DNA from: Myxococcota bacterium
Lineage (GTDB): Bacteria > Myxococcota > XYA12-FULL-58-9 > JALHOP01
Reading direction: 5' to 3'
Length of the DNA stretch: 64,000 nt
NCBI GenBank assembly: GCA_041288095.1
Contig: JBGGMJ010000136.1
Location: 5,706-69,705, forward strand
Shown here: positions 9,543 to 19,541 of the stretch, piece after piece
Numbering within the stretch: position 1 is the first letter of the stretch
How the letters are laid out: each line of letters begins with the position of its first letter
Made by a program: the position numbers and the translations under genes
The notes under the pieces: model-generated
What the model was told of the DNA's origin: nothing
Seen by the model: only the letters and a program-made list of their open reading frames with translations
The model's database searches: none

Positions 9543-10586
9543 GTGGAAGTCGACAATCACCGGCGGGTCGCCGCCAAGGTTCTCACGCAGGGCCCAGCCA
9601 ACGCCCAGCTAGACCTCGCGAGCGCCGTAAGCCCCCCCCCGATGTGGCGAGCCGTGAGCATCCCCGACTCCCGCGCCCTCGCGACCGCCCGCCCCGAAGA
9701 GCTCGAGAGCTTCGGCTGCCGAGGCAAGGTCGCTATCGCCAACAAGGACCAGATCCTCGACGATATCTGGCACAAGCTCGGCGGCAAGCCCCGGTTCATC
9801 TACGGCCTCGCCGAGGTGGGCAGCGACTACGGCCACGCTTTCTGCGCCTTCGAGATGGAGAATCCGAAGACCGGCAAGCACGAATTCATGGTGCCGAACA
9901 TCGTCGGAGTGCCCGGCTCGAAGATGGTCCAATGGATCTCGCTCACCGAGTACCTCTTCGGCGTCAACGACTTCAAAGATGCCAATCGCCAGCGCGGTTT
10001 TTACAATCGCCCTTACACCCTGGTCGCGCTCAACGACCCGAAGATCGACGTCGACGCCTGCCGCGACTACTTCCTCGACCTCGCAAAGCGCCACCAAGCC
10101 GGGACGGCGAAGTTCTCGCTGGTGCTGCCGCGCATCCGCAACGTCCTGCGCGCGCCGCTGCACGCCCTCGGCCTGCCCTACTGTGAATACGGCAACTGCG
10201 CCCGGTGGAACTTTGAGGCCATGAAAGCGGCGAAGATCTTCCCCAGCGAGATCCACCTCGGAAACTTCTTCACGCACAACACCATGTGGCCCAAGCGCAC
10301 CGCCGTTCGCTTGCTCGACGGCCTGTCGCACGTGGCGCGCGACGATGTCCGAGTCGTCCATCTCGAGCGCCCGCCGCATGCCCAGCTCAGCGCGAAGGGT
10401 AAGAGCGAAGGTCGCACCTACGTGAACGTCTTCACCCGCATCGCCGATCTCTTCGGCATCGTGACCGCCCGCGGCCGCCACTACGCGCACCTCTCCGAGC
10501 TCGCGCACGTGCGCGTCCACGTGCCCAAGGACACCATCACCGCGCACACCGAGACCCGTACCCCCAAAGCGCTAGCGGCGGCCTAA
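9543..10586 (+). CDS. Hypothetical protein, possible permuted papain-like (NlpC/P60 superfamily) enzyme
   Basis: 347-aa ORF with strong codon bias; YGH..C and later YGNCARW give His-before-Cys order; start uncertain. Confidence 0.65.
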   Translation: MEVDNHRRVAAKVLTQGPANAQLDLASAVSPPPMWRAVSIPDSRALATARPEELESFGCRGKVAIANKDQILDDIWHKLGGKPRFIYGLAEVGSDYGHAFCAFEMENPKTGKHEFMVPNIVGVPGSKMVQWISLTEYLFGVNDFKDANRQRGFYNRPYTLVALNDPKIDVDACRDYFLDLAKRHQAGTAKFSLVLPRIRNVLRAPLHALGLPYCEYGNCARWNFEAMKAAKIFPSEIHLGNFFTHNTMWPKRTAVRLLDGLSHVARDDVRVVHLERPPHAQLSAKGKSEGRTYVNVFTRIADLFGIVTARGRHYAHLSELAHVRVHVPKDTITAHTETRTPKALAAA

Positions 10587-11492
10587 CGGATGGTGTTTGT
10601 CGACCGCGGCGCGCAGCGCGTCGCTCTCGACGTGCGTGTAGATCTCCGTCGTCGAGATATCCGCGTGCCCGAGCATCTCTTGCACCGCGCGCAGATCGGC
10701 CCCGCCCTGGAGCAGGTGCGTCGCGAAGGCGTGACGCAATTTATGAGGAGAAAGCTTCCGCGTAATCCCGGCGACCTTTGCGTAACGTCGAACGATTTTG
10801 AACAGAGCCATCCGCGACAGCGGTTTGCCGGCGTTGCCGATGAAGACGTAGTCCGAGGGCCTCCCCTTGAGCAGACGTGGGCGTCCGTTGGCGAGATAGT
10901 CGTTGATCGCCGCGAGGGCTGGCTTGCCTACCGGCACCACCCGCTCCTTGGAGCCCTTGCCGGTCGGCCGGACCACGCCGAGCTGGGTGTGCAGCTCATC
11001 GAGGCGCAAGCGACAGAGCTCACTCGCGCGTAGGCCGGCAGCGTAAAGCAGCTCGAGCGCCGCCCGATCGCGGAGGAAGCGCGCGGTGACGGACGTCGCG
11101 CCGCTGGCGGCTGGACGCGCTCCCGGCGCCTCGACGAGGCGCACCATTTCCTGGCGGCTGGGAACCACCGGCAATGGCCGGCGCCGCTTCGGCCCCGTGA
11201 GCTCGGCGACCGGATTGGTGGCGATCTCTCCCTCACGCACGAGGAAAGCAAACAGCTGCCGCGCCGCCGACAAGGCGCGCCCTTGCGAAGCTGGGCTCTT
11301 TCCCGTGCCCGCGAGGCTCCGGAGCCAGCGCGTCAGATGAACGGCTCGGGCATCGGCGGCGTCGTGGACGTCGCTTGCCGCGAGGCTCGCGATCAGCCCG
11401 CGGAGGTCACGCTGGTAGGCCTCGACGGTGTGCGGCGACAGATTGCGCTCGACCCGCAGGACCTCGAGATAGCGCTCGACGCAAGCTTCCAC
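10572..11492 (-). CDS. xerD: Tyrosine recombinase XerD
   Basis: ERNLSPHTVEAY, LYAAGLRASEL, GKGSKER, SPHKLRHAFATHLL.GADLRAVQEMLGHADISTTEIYTHV. Confidence 0.92.
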   Translation of the reverse strand: MEACVERYLEVLRVERNLSPHTVEAYQRDLRGLIASLAASDVHDAADARAVHLTRWLRSLAGTGKSPASQGRALSAARQLFAFLVREGEIATNPVAELTGPKRRRPLPVVPSRQEMVRLVEAPGARPAASGATSVTARFLRDRAALELLYAAGLRASELCRLRLDELHTQLGVVRPTGKGSKERVVPVGKPALAAINDYLANGRPRLLKGRPSDYVFIGNAGKPLSRMALFKIVRRYAKVAGITRKLSPHKLRHAFATHLLQGGADLRAVQEMLGHADISTTEIYTHVESDALRAAVDKHHPLGRR

Positions 11493-11501
11493 GACACGAT
11501 C

Positions 11502-11528
11502 TTAACGCCACCGCCCGACAGGCGGTAA
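11502..11528 (+). promoter_or_regulatory. Weak variant of the sigma28-like motif (TTAA-N15-GGCGGTAA)
   Basis: Same 15-nt spacing as other copies, 10 nt before ATG at 11538; two mismatches in the -10 element. Confidence 0.3.
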
Positions 11529-11537
11529 TAGTTGGTC

Positions 11538-12098
11538 ATGTCGTCCTTGCGCGATCAGGTCCAGCTCCTCCACCAGGACAACGCGCCCACGACCTTCCTG
11601 GATGCGTTGCGCTTGGTGCGAAACGTCAAATCGCTCGACGCCGAGGACCTGCAAGCACTGATGGAGCTGCACGACGCCGCGACCACGACCGACGGCGCCC
11701 GCGAGGTGCTCGCCGATTTCCTTCGCGGTAGAGCGCAGAGCATGGCGCACGAGCGCAACCAAGCGGACCGCACCCTCACCATTCTCGACAGCGGCAAGAC
11801 GGTGCGCGGCCGCAAAGGCGGCTCCATCAGAGTGCATCTCGAGACCCGCTCCCACCGCGGCGGCATCTGGGAAGTGATGAGCAAAACCGACAACATCACT
11901 TGGGAATTCGTCGGCCTCGACGACGAGCGGCGCTACACGATGGGCGAGATCAAGCTGGAGAAGCGCGGCACCGCGCGCATCGAGCTCATGGAAGTGCTGG
12001 CCCCACCCAAGAAGAGCCACGCGCGCTCGCAGAGGCCCACCGACGAGGTGCGCGTCTTCAACCTCGAAATCGCCATCGAAGGCGCGGCGAAAACCTAG
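11538..12098 (+). CDS. Hypothetical protein
   Basis: ORF with typical codon bias filling the gap between xerD and the next gene; no recognisable motif. Confidence 0.7.
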   Translation: MSSLRDQVQLLHQDNAPTTFLDALRLVRNVKSLDAEDLQALMELHDAATTTDGAREVLADFLRGRAQSMAHERNQADRTLTILDSGKTVRGRKGGSIRVHLETRSHRGGIWEVMSKTDNITWEFVGLDDERRYTMGEIKLEKRGTARIELMEVLAPPKKSHARSQRPTDEVRVFNLEIAIEGAAKT

Positions 12099-12541
12099 CG
12101 CCGCCGCCGGGCCTTGCGAGGCCTGGGCGCATCCTCGCCGTCCTCGTCGTCGTCATCATCGACCACGGGCACACTGCCGCGCATCGTCTTCGTCTTGAGC
12201 GAGACACCCGTGTCTTCGTCGACGAAGCGCAGCTCGGCCTTCACTTCGACACGCATCCCGGAGAGCGCCTTGCGCATGGCGCCGCCGATGTCGAGGTTGC
12301 CGAGGAAGCCTTTCACCTCGTCGGAGACCATGCGGTAGAGCTCGCGCCGCGTGCGCTCGGTCTGCTGCGCGAGGAACGCTATAGCGTCCTTGGGCAAGCG
12401 CATGTCCGAGACCGCGTTGCGAATACCCTCTTCGGTCATGAGCACCGCCGAGAGGCCGCCGACCACCGCCTTGCGGATCGAGTCGGGCAAGCGGCTGCGC
12501 GACTCACTGCCACCCTTCGGATTGTCGTCGTCGTAGATCAT
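12095..12541 (-). CDS. Hypothetical protein (helical core, acidic then basic tail)
   Basis: 148-aa ORF overlapping the stop of the upstream lipoprotein gene (ATGA). Confidence 0.75.
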   Translation of the reverse strand: MIYDDDNPKGGSESRSRLPDSIRKAVVGGLSAVLMTEEGIRNAVSDMRLPKDAIAFLAQQTERTRRELYRMVSDEVKGFLGNLDIGGAMRKALSGMRVEVKAELRFVDEDTGVSLKTKTMRGSVPVVDDDDDEDGEDAPRPRKARRRR

Positions 12542-13005
12542 AGGCGGTTCACCTCGAACGCGAGAGACAGTCCATAACAGTTGCTACGCAACGACGCCCC
12601 ATCAACCAGTTGCAGACCCAAATCGACATCGGTGCCGTCTTCCACGTCGTCGTCGAAGCGCAGCGGCACAGTCAACGTTCCGTCGACGGAGCCTTCATCT
12701 AGAGCGCTCAGCTTGAACGCCGGCAAGAGCGCCTGTGTGGCCGCGCTCTCTCCTTCGCTCCCCAGATAGAATACCACCGAGCCACCGGAAAGATCGGCGT
12801 TGGCGTCGTGAAACGTCAGCGCCAGGACGAGCGTCCACGGGTCCTGCGCCAGCTGCGTGGGTAAAGACACCTCGACGATGCGCGGAGCTTCCGGCTGGTC
12901 CGAGACGGCGACCTGGTCGCCACAAGCGAGCGGTTTGTCGCATGCCACGCCCGAAAGCGCCGTCACCAGGGCGATTGCGCCGAGCGCCGGCCTACCTGCG
13001 TGCAT
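12538..13005 (-). CDS. Putative lipoprotein
   Basis: Signal peptide with lipobox-like ALSGVAC; overlaps the HAD gene end. Confidence 0.7.
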   Translation of the reverse strand: MHAGRPALGAIALVTALSGVACDKPLACGDQVAVSDQPEAPRIVEVSLPTQLAQDPWTLVLALTFHDANADLSGGSVVFYLGSEGESAATQALLPAFKLSALDEGSVDGTLTVPLRFDDDVEDGTDVDLGLQLVDGASLRSNCYGLSLAFEVNRL

Positions 13006-14338
13006 CGGCGCGCCGGTCGCCCGGCGTGAAATTCACCTGCACCAGCCGCCCCTGCGCCACTTCCTTGTCCTTGTCGAGCAGCTCTTGGCGCGGGTTCACC
13101 ATGAAACCGGTGCCAACCGCTTCGATCATCATCGGCAAGTCGCTCACTGGGCTGTCGCCGAACACCATGAGCGGCGGCACACGCACCCACTGGCGCAGCA
13201 CGGGACCTTTTATTTCGTACAGGCTGGTCACGACTTGTCCGGTATAGCGGCCATCGACGACCTCTAAGGCGCTGCCGATGGCGTGGTCTTCGGGGATGCC
13301 GACGGCGCGCGCCGCCGCTTTCGCCAGCACGTCGAGCGTCGCCGACAAGAAGTACACCTCGATCCCGCGCGTCTTCAGCTTGCCGAGCACCGCCAGGGTC
13401 CCACAGCCCGACGCGTCGGCGTGGAACCGCGACATGATCGAGGGAGCGCCGGGGGCGCCTTTCGTGAGCACAACCTGCGCGGCTTCCTCGATGACGGAGA
13501 CCTCGAGACCGGCGATGACCTTCGAGGTGAGAAAAAACGCGTCCTTGATGCTGACGCGCTGCTCTTTCGGCAGCGTGGTGTCGGTGGCGCGCTCGTACAC
13601 GGTACGGAGGTTGTCGTGCACCGAGGCCTCGCGGACCTTCTTGGCGTCGATACCCGAGATGGTGACGAGGAGCTCGATGACCGCGGCGTTGGCTTCGGGC
13701 TTCGCGAGCTTCTTGTCGGCAAGGACGGCGAGGAAGACATTACTGATGTCACCCTGCCAGAGCGTGAAATCCAGGTCGGTGACCGCTACAGCGGGCAGCC
13801 CCGCGCGCTTGAACGAAAGGAGGTCGAGCGTATCGATCGCCAGGCACAGCGTCGGCGGGCTCATGCTCTCGCCGTTGTAGCCGGGGATGTGACGGGCGAG
13901 GCTACCGACAACCAGCGCGTCCGGCTCCCAGTCCACGACGGCGGCGAAACGTGCCTGATCGGCGAGCCACTGCGCCTCGATGACGAAGGCACGCGCGGCG
14001 GCGGTGTCCGCGCTCTTGGGCAACGACGCGTCGCGCTCGAGGATGAACGTGCCCCCTTCGTAGATCCCCGCCGCGGTGGATGCATCGATGCCGCGGGTCT
14101 CCGCCGTGACCTTGGCGCGCGCGACCAAGCCGTCGACGGCGGACAGGTCGTTGGCGTCGACACGCTGATCGTGGGTAACGTCGAAGTCCGCGATCGTGCG
14201 CTGAGCGCTCGGCTTTTCGATGAGCGCCTTGAGCGCGGTGTCGAACGCCGCGGTATCGAGGGTCGGCTTGTGCGGATCCGGAGAGCCGCCGCAGGCCGCG
14301 AGAGTGAGCAACGCCGCGACGACAACGGTGCGTCGCAT
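12992..14338 (-). CDS. HAD-superfamily (IB-like) hydrolase lipoprotein
   Basis: Start reassigned to MRRTVVVAALLTLAAC (lipobox); HAD motifs DLDFT, LSAT, K, GDSPVSD. Confidence 0.8.
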   Translation of the reverse strand: MRRTVVVAALLTLAACGGSPDPHKPTLDTAAFDTALKALIEKPSAQRTIADFDVTHDQRVDANDLSAVDGLVARAKVTAETRGIDASTAAGIYEGGTFILERDASLPKSADTAAARAFVIEAQWLADQARFAAVVDWEPDALVVGSLARHIPGYNGESMSPPTLCLAIDTLDLLSFKRAGLPAVAVTDLDFTLWQGDISNVFLAVLADKKLAKPEANAAVIELLVTISGIDAKKVREASVHDNLRTVYERATDTTLPKEQRVSIKDAFFLTSKVIAGLEVSVIEEAAQVVLTKGAPGAPSIMSRFHADASGCGTLAVLGKLKTRGIEVYFLSATLDVLAKAAARAVGIPEDHAIGSALEVVDGRYTGQVVTSLYEIKGPVLRQWVRVPPLMVFGDSPVSDLPMMIEAVGTGFMVNPRQELLDKDKEVAQGRLVQVNFTPGDRRADARR

Positions 14339-14342
14339 CACG

Positions 14343-15161
<819 letters not shown>

Positions 15162-15203
15162 GTCGTGCGGCTACTTAGAGGACCAGCACGGCATGGTCAA
15201 TCG

Positions 15204-16028
15204 ATGAACGAGGACTTCTCGCACGAGCTCGAGGTCGCCAAGCGCTTGGCGCGAGTGGCCGGCGCCCGCATTCTCGCGCACTACAACGACGGCTTCGCGG
15301 TGGAGTACAAAGGCCACGGCGATCCCGTGACGCAGGCCGATCGCGACGCGAACCACATCATCGTCGAGGGTCTGGCCGCGGCCTTTCCGACGGACGCGAT
15401 CCTCGCCGAGGAATCGAAGAACAGCGACAGCCGGCACGCGCACGCGCGCTTGTGGTGCGTCGACCCGCTCGACGGCACGCAGGAGCTGGTGAATCGCAAC
15501 GGTGAGTTCGCGGTGATGATCGGGCTCGCTGTACGCGGAGAGGCGCGCGTCGGCGTCGTCTATCAGCCCACCGAAGACACGCTTTGGGCCGGCGCCGGCA
15601 CCTTGGCGACGGTCGAGCGCCACGGCGGTCCGCCAACGCGGATCAAGCCGACGCAGTGCATCGATCCCGCCAAGGCCGTGCTCGTGGGCTCGCGCTCGCA
15701 CACGTCGAAGTCGGTCGTCGAGGTCGCGACGACGTTGGGCGTCGCCCGCCAGGACCGCTTGGGCAGCGTCGGTCTCAAGATGGCCCGCGTCGCCGAGGGC
15801 GGTGCCGACCTGTACCTCTCGATGTCGACGCAGACGCACGAGTGGGATGGCTGCGCGCCGGAAGCGATCCTCCGCGCCGCCGGTGGCTTCGTGACCGACT
15901 GCTTCGGCGCCCCGCTGCGCTACAACAAGCAGACGACAGGCACGCCGCGCGGCATGTTAGCCACGAACGGACTCATCCACGCAGCCGTTTTGGCGGCTGC
16001 GCGGACGGTTGTTGAACAACGATTCTGA
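15204..16028 (+). CDS. cysQ: Inositol monophosphatase family / CysQ-like 3'(2'),5'-bisphosphate nucleotidase
   Basis: DPVTQAD, ILAEES, WCVDPLDGT, SRSH, GSVGLK, EWD motifs; ATG at 15204. Confidence 0.85.
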   Translation: MNEDFSHELEVAKRLARVAGARILAHYNDGFAVEYKGHGDPVTQADRDANHIIVEGLAAAFPTDAILAEESKNSDSRHAHARLWCVDPLDGTQELVNRNGEFAVMIGLAVRGEARVGVVYQPTEDTLWAGAGTLATVERHGGPPTRIKPTQCIDPAKAVLVGSRSHTSKSVVEVATTLGVARQDRLGSVGLKMARVAEGGADLYLSMSTQTHEWDGCAPEAILRAAGGFVTDCFGAPLRYNKQTTGTPRGMLATNGLIHAAVLAAARTVVEQRF

Positions 16029-16092
16029 GGTACTGCGGAGCCACTGCGGTGCAAGACCGCCGGTACTACTGCACGCTCGAGGTCGTTTGCTG

Positions 16093-16323
16093 TTACGCGC
16101 GCTTCTTTGGGCTGACCAGCATCATCGCCTGGGCGACGTTGCGCTGTGCGCCACGCTGAAGAAGAGCACGCCCTTGCATGAGCTTCTTCTCGTCCTTGGC
16201 AGCCTTGTTGAGCGCTTCAGTCGTCCCACCGCTGTTCAAAGCGGCCGCCCGTTGCTCGGCATGAGCGCCCGCCAAGGGCGTGCCGACTGGGCGAATGGGT
16301 GATGAAAGCGATCCCGAAATCAT
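16093..16323 (-). CDS. Small hypothetical protein (76 aa)
   Basis: ATG preceded by GGGAG; preceded by the GCAAC-N14-GCCGATAC motif. Confidence 0.55.
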   Translation of the reverse strand: MISGSLSSPIRPVGTPLAGAHAEQRAAALNSGGTTEALNKAAKDEKKLMQGRALLQRGAQRNVAQAMMLVSPKKRA

Positions 16324-16357
16324 GACACTAACTCCCGACAGGCTCGTCTCGCGTTGT

Positions 16358-16384
16358 GTATCGGCCGCCAGCGCGCAAAGTTGC
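16358..16384 (-). promoter_or_regulatory. Putative sigma28-like promoter (GCAA-N15-GCCGATAC)
   Basis: Minus strand GCAA CTTTGCGCGCTGGCG GCCGATAC, 35 nt upstream of ATG 16323. Confidence 0.55.
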
Positions 16385-16511
16385 GCCCCGTGTTGGATTA
16401 TCGCGGCTTTTTTGAGTCGTTGTGCTGAAATGCGAGTCGGGACGCGCGTCTACGAGGGCACCCCTAGAACCGGTTTGGCGCGCTTCTGGCAACGACACAG
16501 CGTGAGGGTGC

Positions 16512-17021
16512 CTAACGGGGCTTCTGAACGCGCGCCGCGAGTTGCGAAACGAAGCCGACGCCGGCGGACGTTCCTGGGATAACGCGGCGGGCTGTACCCA
16601 AAAGCGACGCGCTCCCCGACATGTCGCGGTCCTCGTTCAGCGCGCTCGCCGAGAGGACGCGGTTAGCCGCGGCACCAAGCTCTTGCGACCAGGCTTCCAG
16701 GGAGAGCCCCAGGGCGGTGGCCGTCCGCGGGAGGTCACTGATCCAGGCGCTCAGGTGGCCGAGTTGCAGCGGTGTGAGCTCCGCATCGCCAACCCGCGTG
16801 AGAACCACGCCCGGAGCACTGTGCTCGGCGTCCACCAGCAGCCCGATGACGCATTCGACACTGACTTCGGCGACTTCGCCAACGAGCTGCCGCACCAGGG
16901 GCGCATCGAGGCGTGACCGCGACTGCAACAGCTGCTTGGCAGCGGCGTCGACATTGGCAGCGGCGCCCCATCCGAGCACCGCTTCCTGGACCGAACGATG
17001 AATGTGCTGGCGCTTCGCCAT
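16512..17021 (-). CDS. Hypothetical protein
   Basis: 169-aa ORF starting 5 nt after the stop of the upstream small membrane protein; codon usage less typical. Confidence 0.55.
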   Translation of the reverse strand: MAKRQHIHRSVQEAVLGWGAAANVDAAAKQLLQSRSRLDAPLVRQLVGEVAEVSVECVIGLLVDAEHSAPGVVLTRVGDAELTPLQLGHLSAWISDLPRTATALGLSLEAWSQELGAAANRVLSASALNEDRDMSGSASLLGTARRVIPGTSAGVGFVSQLAARVQKPR

Positions 17022-17026
17022 GAGGG

Positions 17027-17356
17027 TCAGTAGCGGCTACGCGTCAAATCGCCGCGCTTGCTCTGCAAGGCCGCGAGACTGAGGGGGCTCGGGGCGAGCG
17101 CCCACGAAACGACCGTGCCCACGACCGCGGCCTTCAGCCAGCCACCGAGCAACATCACCGTACCGAACGCGCCGGTGCCGGTGAGGACGAAAGCGGTCGC
17201 CGCGGCAGCGGCGCCGAGGAGCAGGATCTTGGTCTGGAATGAAGCGTCCTTGGGGGTCGCGACCTTCGCAATCGTTCCCATGTAGCCGCCGGTTGCGACT
17301 CCCACCAACACGCTCGCCGTCGCCCGCAACGCATCCGTCTTGCTCATCAACGCCAT
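17027..17356 (-). CDS. Small membrane protein
   Basis: ATG at 17356 with AAGGAG RBS; 3-4 Gly/Ala-rich hydrophobic segments. Confidence 0.7.
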   Translation of the reverse strand: MALMSKTDALRATASVLVGVATGGYMGTIAKVATPKDASFQTKILLLGAAAAATAFVLTGTGAFGTVMLLGGWLKAAVVGTVVSWALAPSPLSLAALQSKRGDLTRSRY

Positions 17357-17379
17357 GACGCAACTCTCCTTGAGCGTCG

Positions 17380-17406
17380 TTATCGTTGCCGAGCTGGAAG
17401 GGTTGC
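17380..17406 (-). promoter_or_regulatory. Putative sigma28-like promoter (GCAA-N15-AACGATAA)
   Basis: Minus strand GCAA CCCTTCCAGCTCGGC AACGATAA, 24 nt upstream of ATG 17356. Confidence 0.55.
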
Positions 17407-17417
17407 GCATCCCGCCT

Positions 17418-17454
17418 CCGCCAGCGCGTCACGATCGAGGGGACGCGCTGGCGG
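17418..17454. repeat. Perfect 13-bp inverted repeat in a divergent promoter region
   Basis: CCGCCAGCGCGTC-N11-GACGCGCTGGCGG, no poly-T tail. Confidence 0.8.
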
Positions 17455-17468
17455 CACCGCCGATGCAC

Positions 17469-17495
17469 GCACATTCGGGGGGGTGCTCCCGATAT
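17469..17495 (+). promoter_or_regulatory. Variant sigma28-like motif (GCAC-N15-CCCGATAT)
   Basis: Same spacing as other copies, upstream of ATG 17527; a weaker sigma54-like CGGCACCGCCGATGCA at 17452-17467 is an alternative reading. Confidence 0.4.
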
Positions 17496-17526
17496 TGCAC
17501 GAGCCTCGCCGCCCCGAGGATTCGAC

Positions 17527-17937
17527 ATGCAGATTCGCGCAGCCATCGATAAAGCTCTCCGCCTCACCGAGTTCGACACGATCCGTCCGAGTGAGCTGAT
17601 CGAGCCGGGGCAGGCGCGTCAGCGCACGATGCAGAACAACGTGCTCAACGGCTTCATGTACGGCGTCAACGCGTTCGTGCCGATGTCGGGCGTCATCCTC
17701 AATCCGCTGGTCGCCTTCGGCAAGTCCTGCGGCGCCATGTGGCAGATGATGCTGGCGATGAGCTTCCCGGAACAGGGAGGTGAGGCGCGCATGAACCTCG
17801 CCGGTGACCTGCTCAAGTCCGCCGGCGAGAACTTCGTCGTCGGCGCCGCCTCGTGCCTCCCGGGCGCGGGTCCGGTGATCGCCGGCCTCTGGTCGGCGCG
17901 CAGCTTCGTCGACGCCAACCGCGCGCTCAAAACCTAG
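17527..17937 (+). CDS. Small hydrophobic hypothetical protein
   Basis: ATG at 17527 with GAGGA RBS; strong codon bias; resembles the 2075-2473 product. Confidence 0.72.
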   Translation: MQIRAAIDKALRLTEFDTIRPSELIEPGQARQRTMQNNVLNGFMYGVNAFVPMSGVILNPLVAFGKSCGAMWQMMLAMSFPEQGGEARMNLAGDLLKSAGENFVVGAASCLPGAGPVIAGLWSARSFVDANRALKT

Positions 17938-17956
17938 AGTCGCCCGGGCGGAGCTG

Positions 17957-18901
17957 TCAGCCGCCCTGTGCCTGCGGTGGGGCTCCCGCCGCTGGCGGGG
18001 CCTGCTTGTTCTTCTCGGCAAGCTCCATGGCCTGCAGGTAGGTCTTCGCCTGGCTCGCGTACTTGGTGCGGGCCGCGATGATCTCACCCAAGACGCGGCG
18101 CGCCTCGTCGACCTTCTGGGTCTGGGCGAGCGAAGCGCCCAGCAAGAAGCGAATCTCCTCGCGCAGCGACGGGTCGCGGATGTTCGAGAGATCACGCAAG
18201 ACCGGCTCGGCCTCGTCGTAGCGCTTCAAGCTGAAGAGCTCGGTGGCGAGCAAGTAGCGAACGTTGACGACGTAGCGGAAGTTCGGGTCGAGCGACAGCG
18301 ACTTCTTCAGCATGTCGACCGCTTCAGCGGACCGACCGCTGGTCTCGGCGAGCTTACGGCCCTGCTCGTACGCGTCTTCGGCGGCCTTCTTGCGCAGGTC
18401 GCCGACGCGCTTCTCCATGAGGCGCGCCTCGAGCTCGGTGAGGGTCGTGAGGTTCACCTGGTCGAGCATGTCGACGGCGCCCTTCTCGTTGCCCTGGTCG
18501 AGCAGGTCCAAGACCTTCTTGCTCACCGAGGCTGAGTCGATCGCCTTCTTCTTCTGAGCGTCGAGCTCGGCCAGGCGCCGGTTCAGATCTTCGCTCTGCT
18601 TCTGCGCGGAGTCGCGAGCCTGCTGGGCATCGCCCTGGGCGCGCTCGGCGTCGGCGATGTAGCTGCGCGAGCGGGCCGAGAAGACGAGGTACGCCGCGAT
18701 GGTGATGACGAGGCCGACGAAGACGTTGACCGCGAGGCTGGTGAACTTACCGCGCTTCTCGATCTGCTCGAAGCGGCGCTCGAAGTTCTTCACGTCGAGC
18801 GATAGGTTCTTCACCTGGTTGTCGGCTTTGATCACGGTGTTGCGCGTCTCGAGAACCTCGCGCTTCAGGTCGACCAGCTCCTTGCCCGTCGTCTCATCCA
18901 T
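17957..18901 (-). CDS. Bitopic membrane protein with coiled coils and C-terminal TPRs
   Basis: ATG 18901 with GGAG RBS; one TM segment (LAVNVFVGLVITIAAYLVF); TPR-like helices. Confidence 0.8.
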   Translation of the reverse strand: MDETTGKELVDLKREVLETRNTVIKADNQVKNLSLDVKNFERRFEQIEKRGKFTSLAVNVFVGLVITIAAYLVFSARSRSYIADAERAQGDAQQARDSAQKQSEDLNRRLAELDAQKKKAIDSASVSKKVLDLLDQGNEKGAVDMLDQVNLTTLTELEARLMEKRVGDLRKKAAEDAYEQGRKLAETSGRSAEAVDMLKKSLSLDPNFRYVVNVRYLLATELFSLKRYDEAEPVLRDLSNIRDPSLREEIRFLLGASLAQTQKVDEARRVLGEIIAARTKYASQAKTYLQAMELAEKNKQAPPAAGAPPQAQGG

Positions 18902-18943
18902 GATTTCTCCCCCGTGCCGTAGCAAGTTCGCGGTGATCGGTGA

Positions 18944-19016
18944 TGGGTGGTGCGAGATTCGAACTCGCGACCAACGGATTAAAAGTCCGCTGCTCTACCG
19001 ACTGAGCTAACCACCC
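18944..19016 (-). tRNA. tRNA-Lys: tRNA-Lys (UUU)
   Basis: GGGTGGTTAGCTCAGTCGGTAGAGCAGCGGAC-TTTT-AATCCG...GTTCGAAT...CCACCCA cloverleaf; CCA not encoded. Confidence 0.97.
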
Positions 19017-19082
19017 TCGAAGGCGGCGCAACCTACTCGGCGCCACGCGATGGGTCAATGCGCTCTAGGCGATCGTTTGGCC

Positions 19083-19475
19083 CTATTTCACCGTGCCGGC
19101 GCGCTTCTTCTCGAGGAGCCGCTCCAGCTTGCGGAACAACACCGCGAACTGCAGCGGCTTGGTCTCGTAGTCGTCGGCGCCGAGCTCGAGGCCGACGATA
19201 CGATCACTTTGGCTGTCGCGCGCCGTCAGGAAGACCACCACGGCGTTCTTGAGCGCGCCAGTCGCATTCCAACGCTTTAGCAGATCGCGACCGTCGACCC
19301 CCGGCAGTTGCACGTCGAGGAGGACGACGTCCGGGACCTCCTTCTCCACTTCCTCGAGTGCGCGCGGACCAGTGTCGGCGACGCGTGTGCTGTAGCCGCG
19401 TGAGGTGCCGAACTTCGACAGCGCAAGCGCGATCTCGGGGTCGTCTTCGACGATGAGCAACGAGGCGGGAGGCAC
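19083..19475 (-). CDS. Single-domain response regulator
   Basis: LIVEDD, VLLDVQLPGVDG, FLTA, GADDYETKP; probable GTG start at 19475. Confidence 0.9.
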   Translation of the reverse strand: MPPASLLIVEDDPEIALALSKFGTSRGYSTRVADTGPRALEEVEKEVPDVVLLDVQLPGVDGRDLLKRWNATGALKNAVVVFLTARDSQSDRIVGLELGADDYETKPLQFAVLFRKLERLLEKKRAGTVK

Positions 19476-19541
19476 GCCTTCAACTATTCCGTAAGTGGCG
19501 GATCTTCTCAACTCCCGCTGGATCCGGTAGGACCCACGCCC

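Noticed and set aside
10572-11492. Tyrosine recombinase as prophage or island integrase
   Set aside because: Sequence and context match housekeeping XerD; no att repeats or phage genes seen
16476-16582. Sigma54-like TGGCGCGCTTCTGGCA followed by a ~26-codon Arg-rich ORF
   Set aside because: Imperfect -12 element, no properly spaced RBS, ORF overlaps a longer antisense gene
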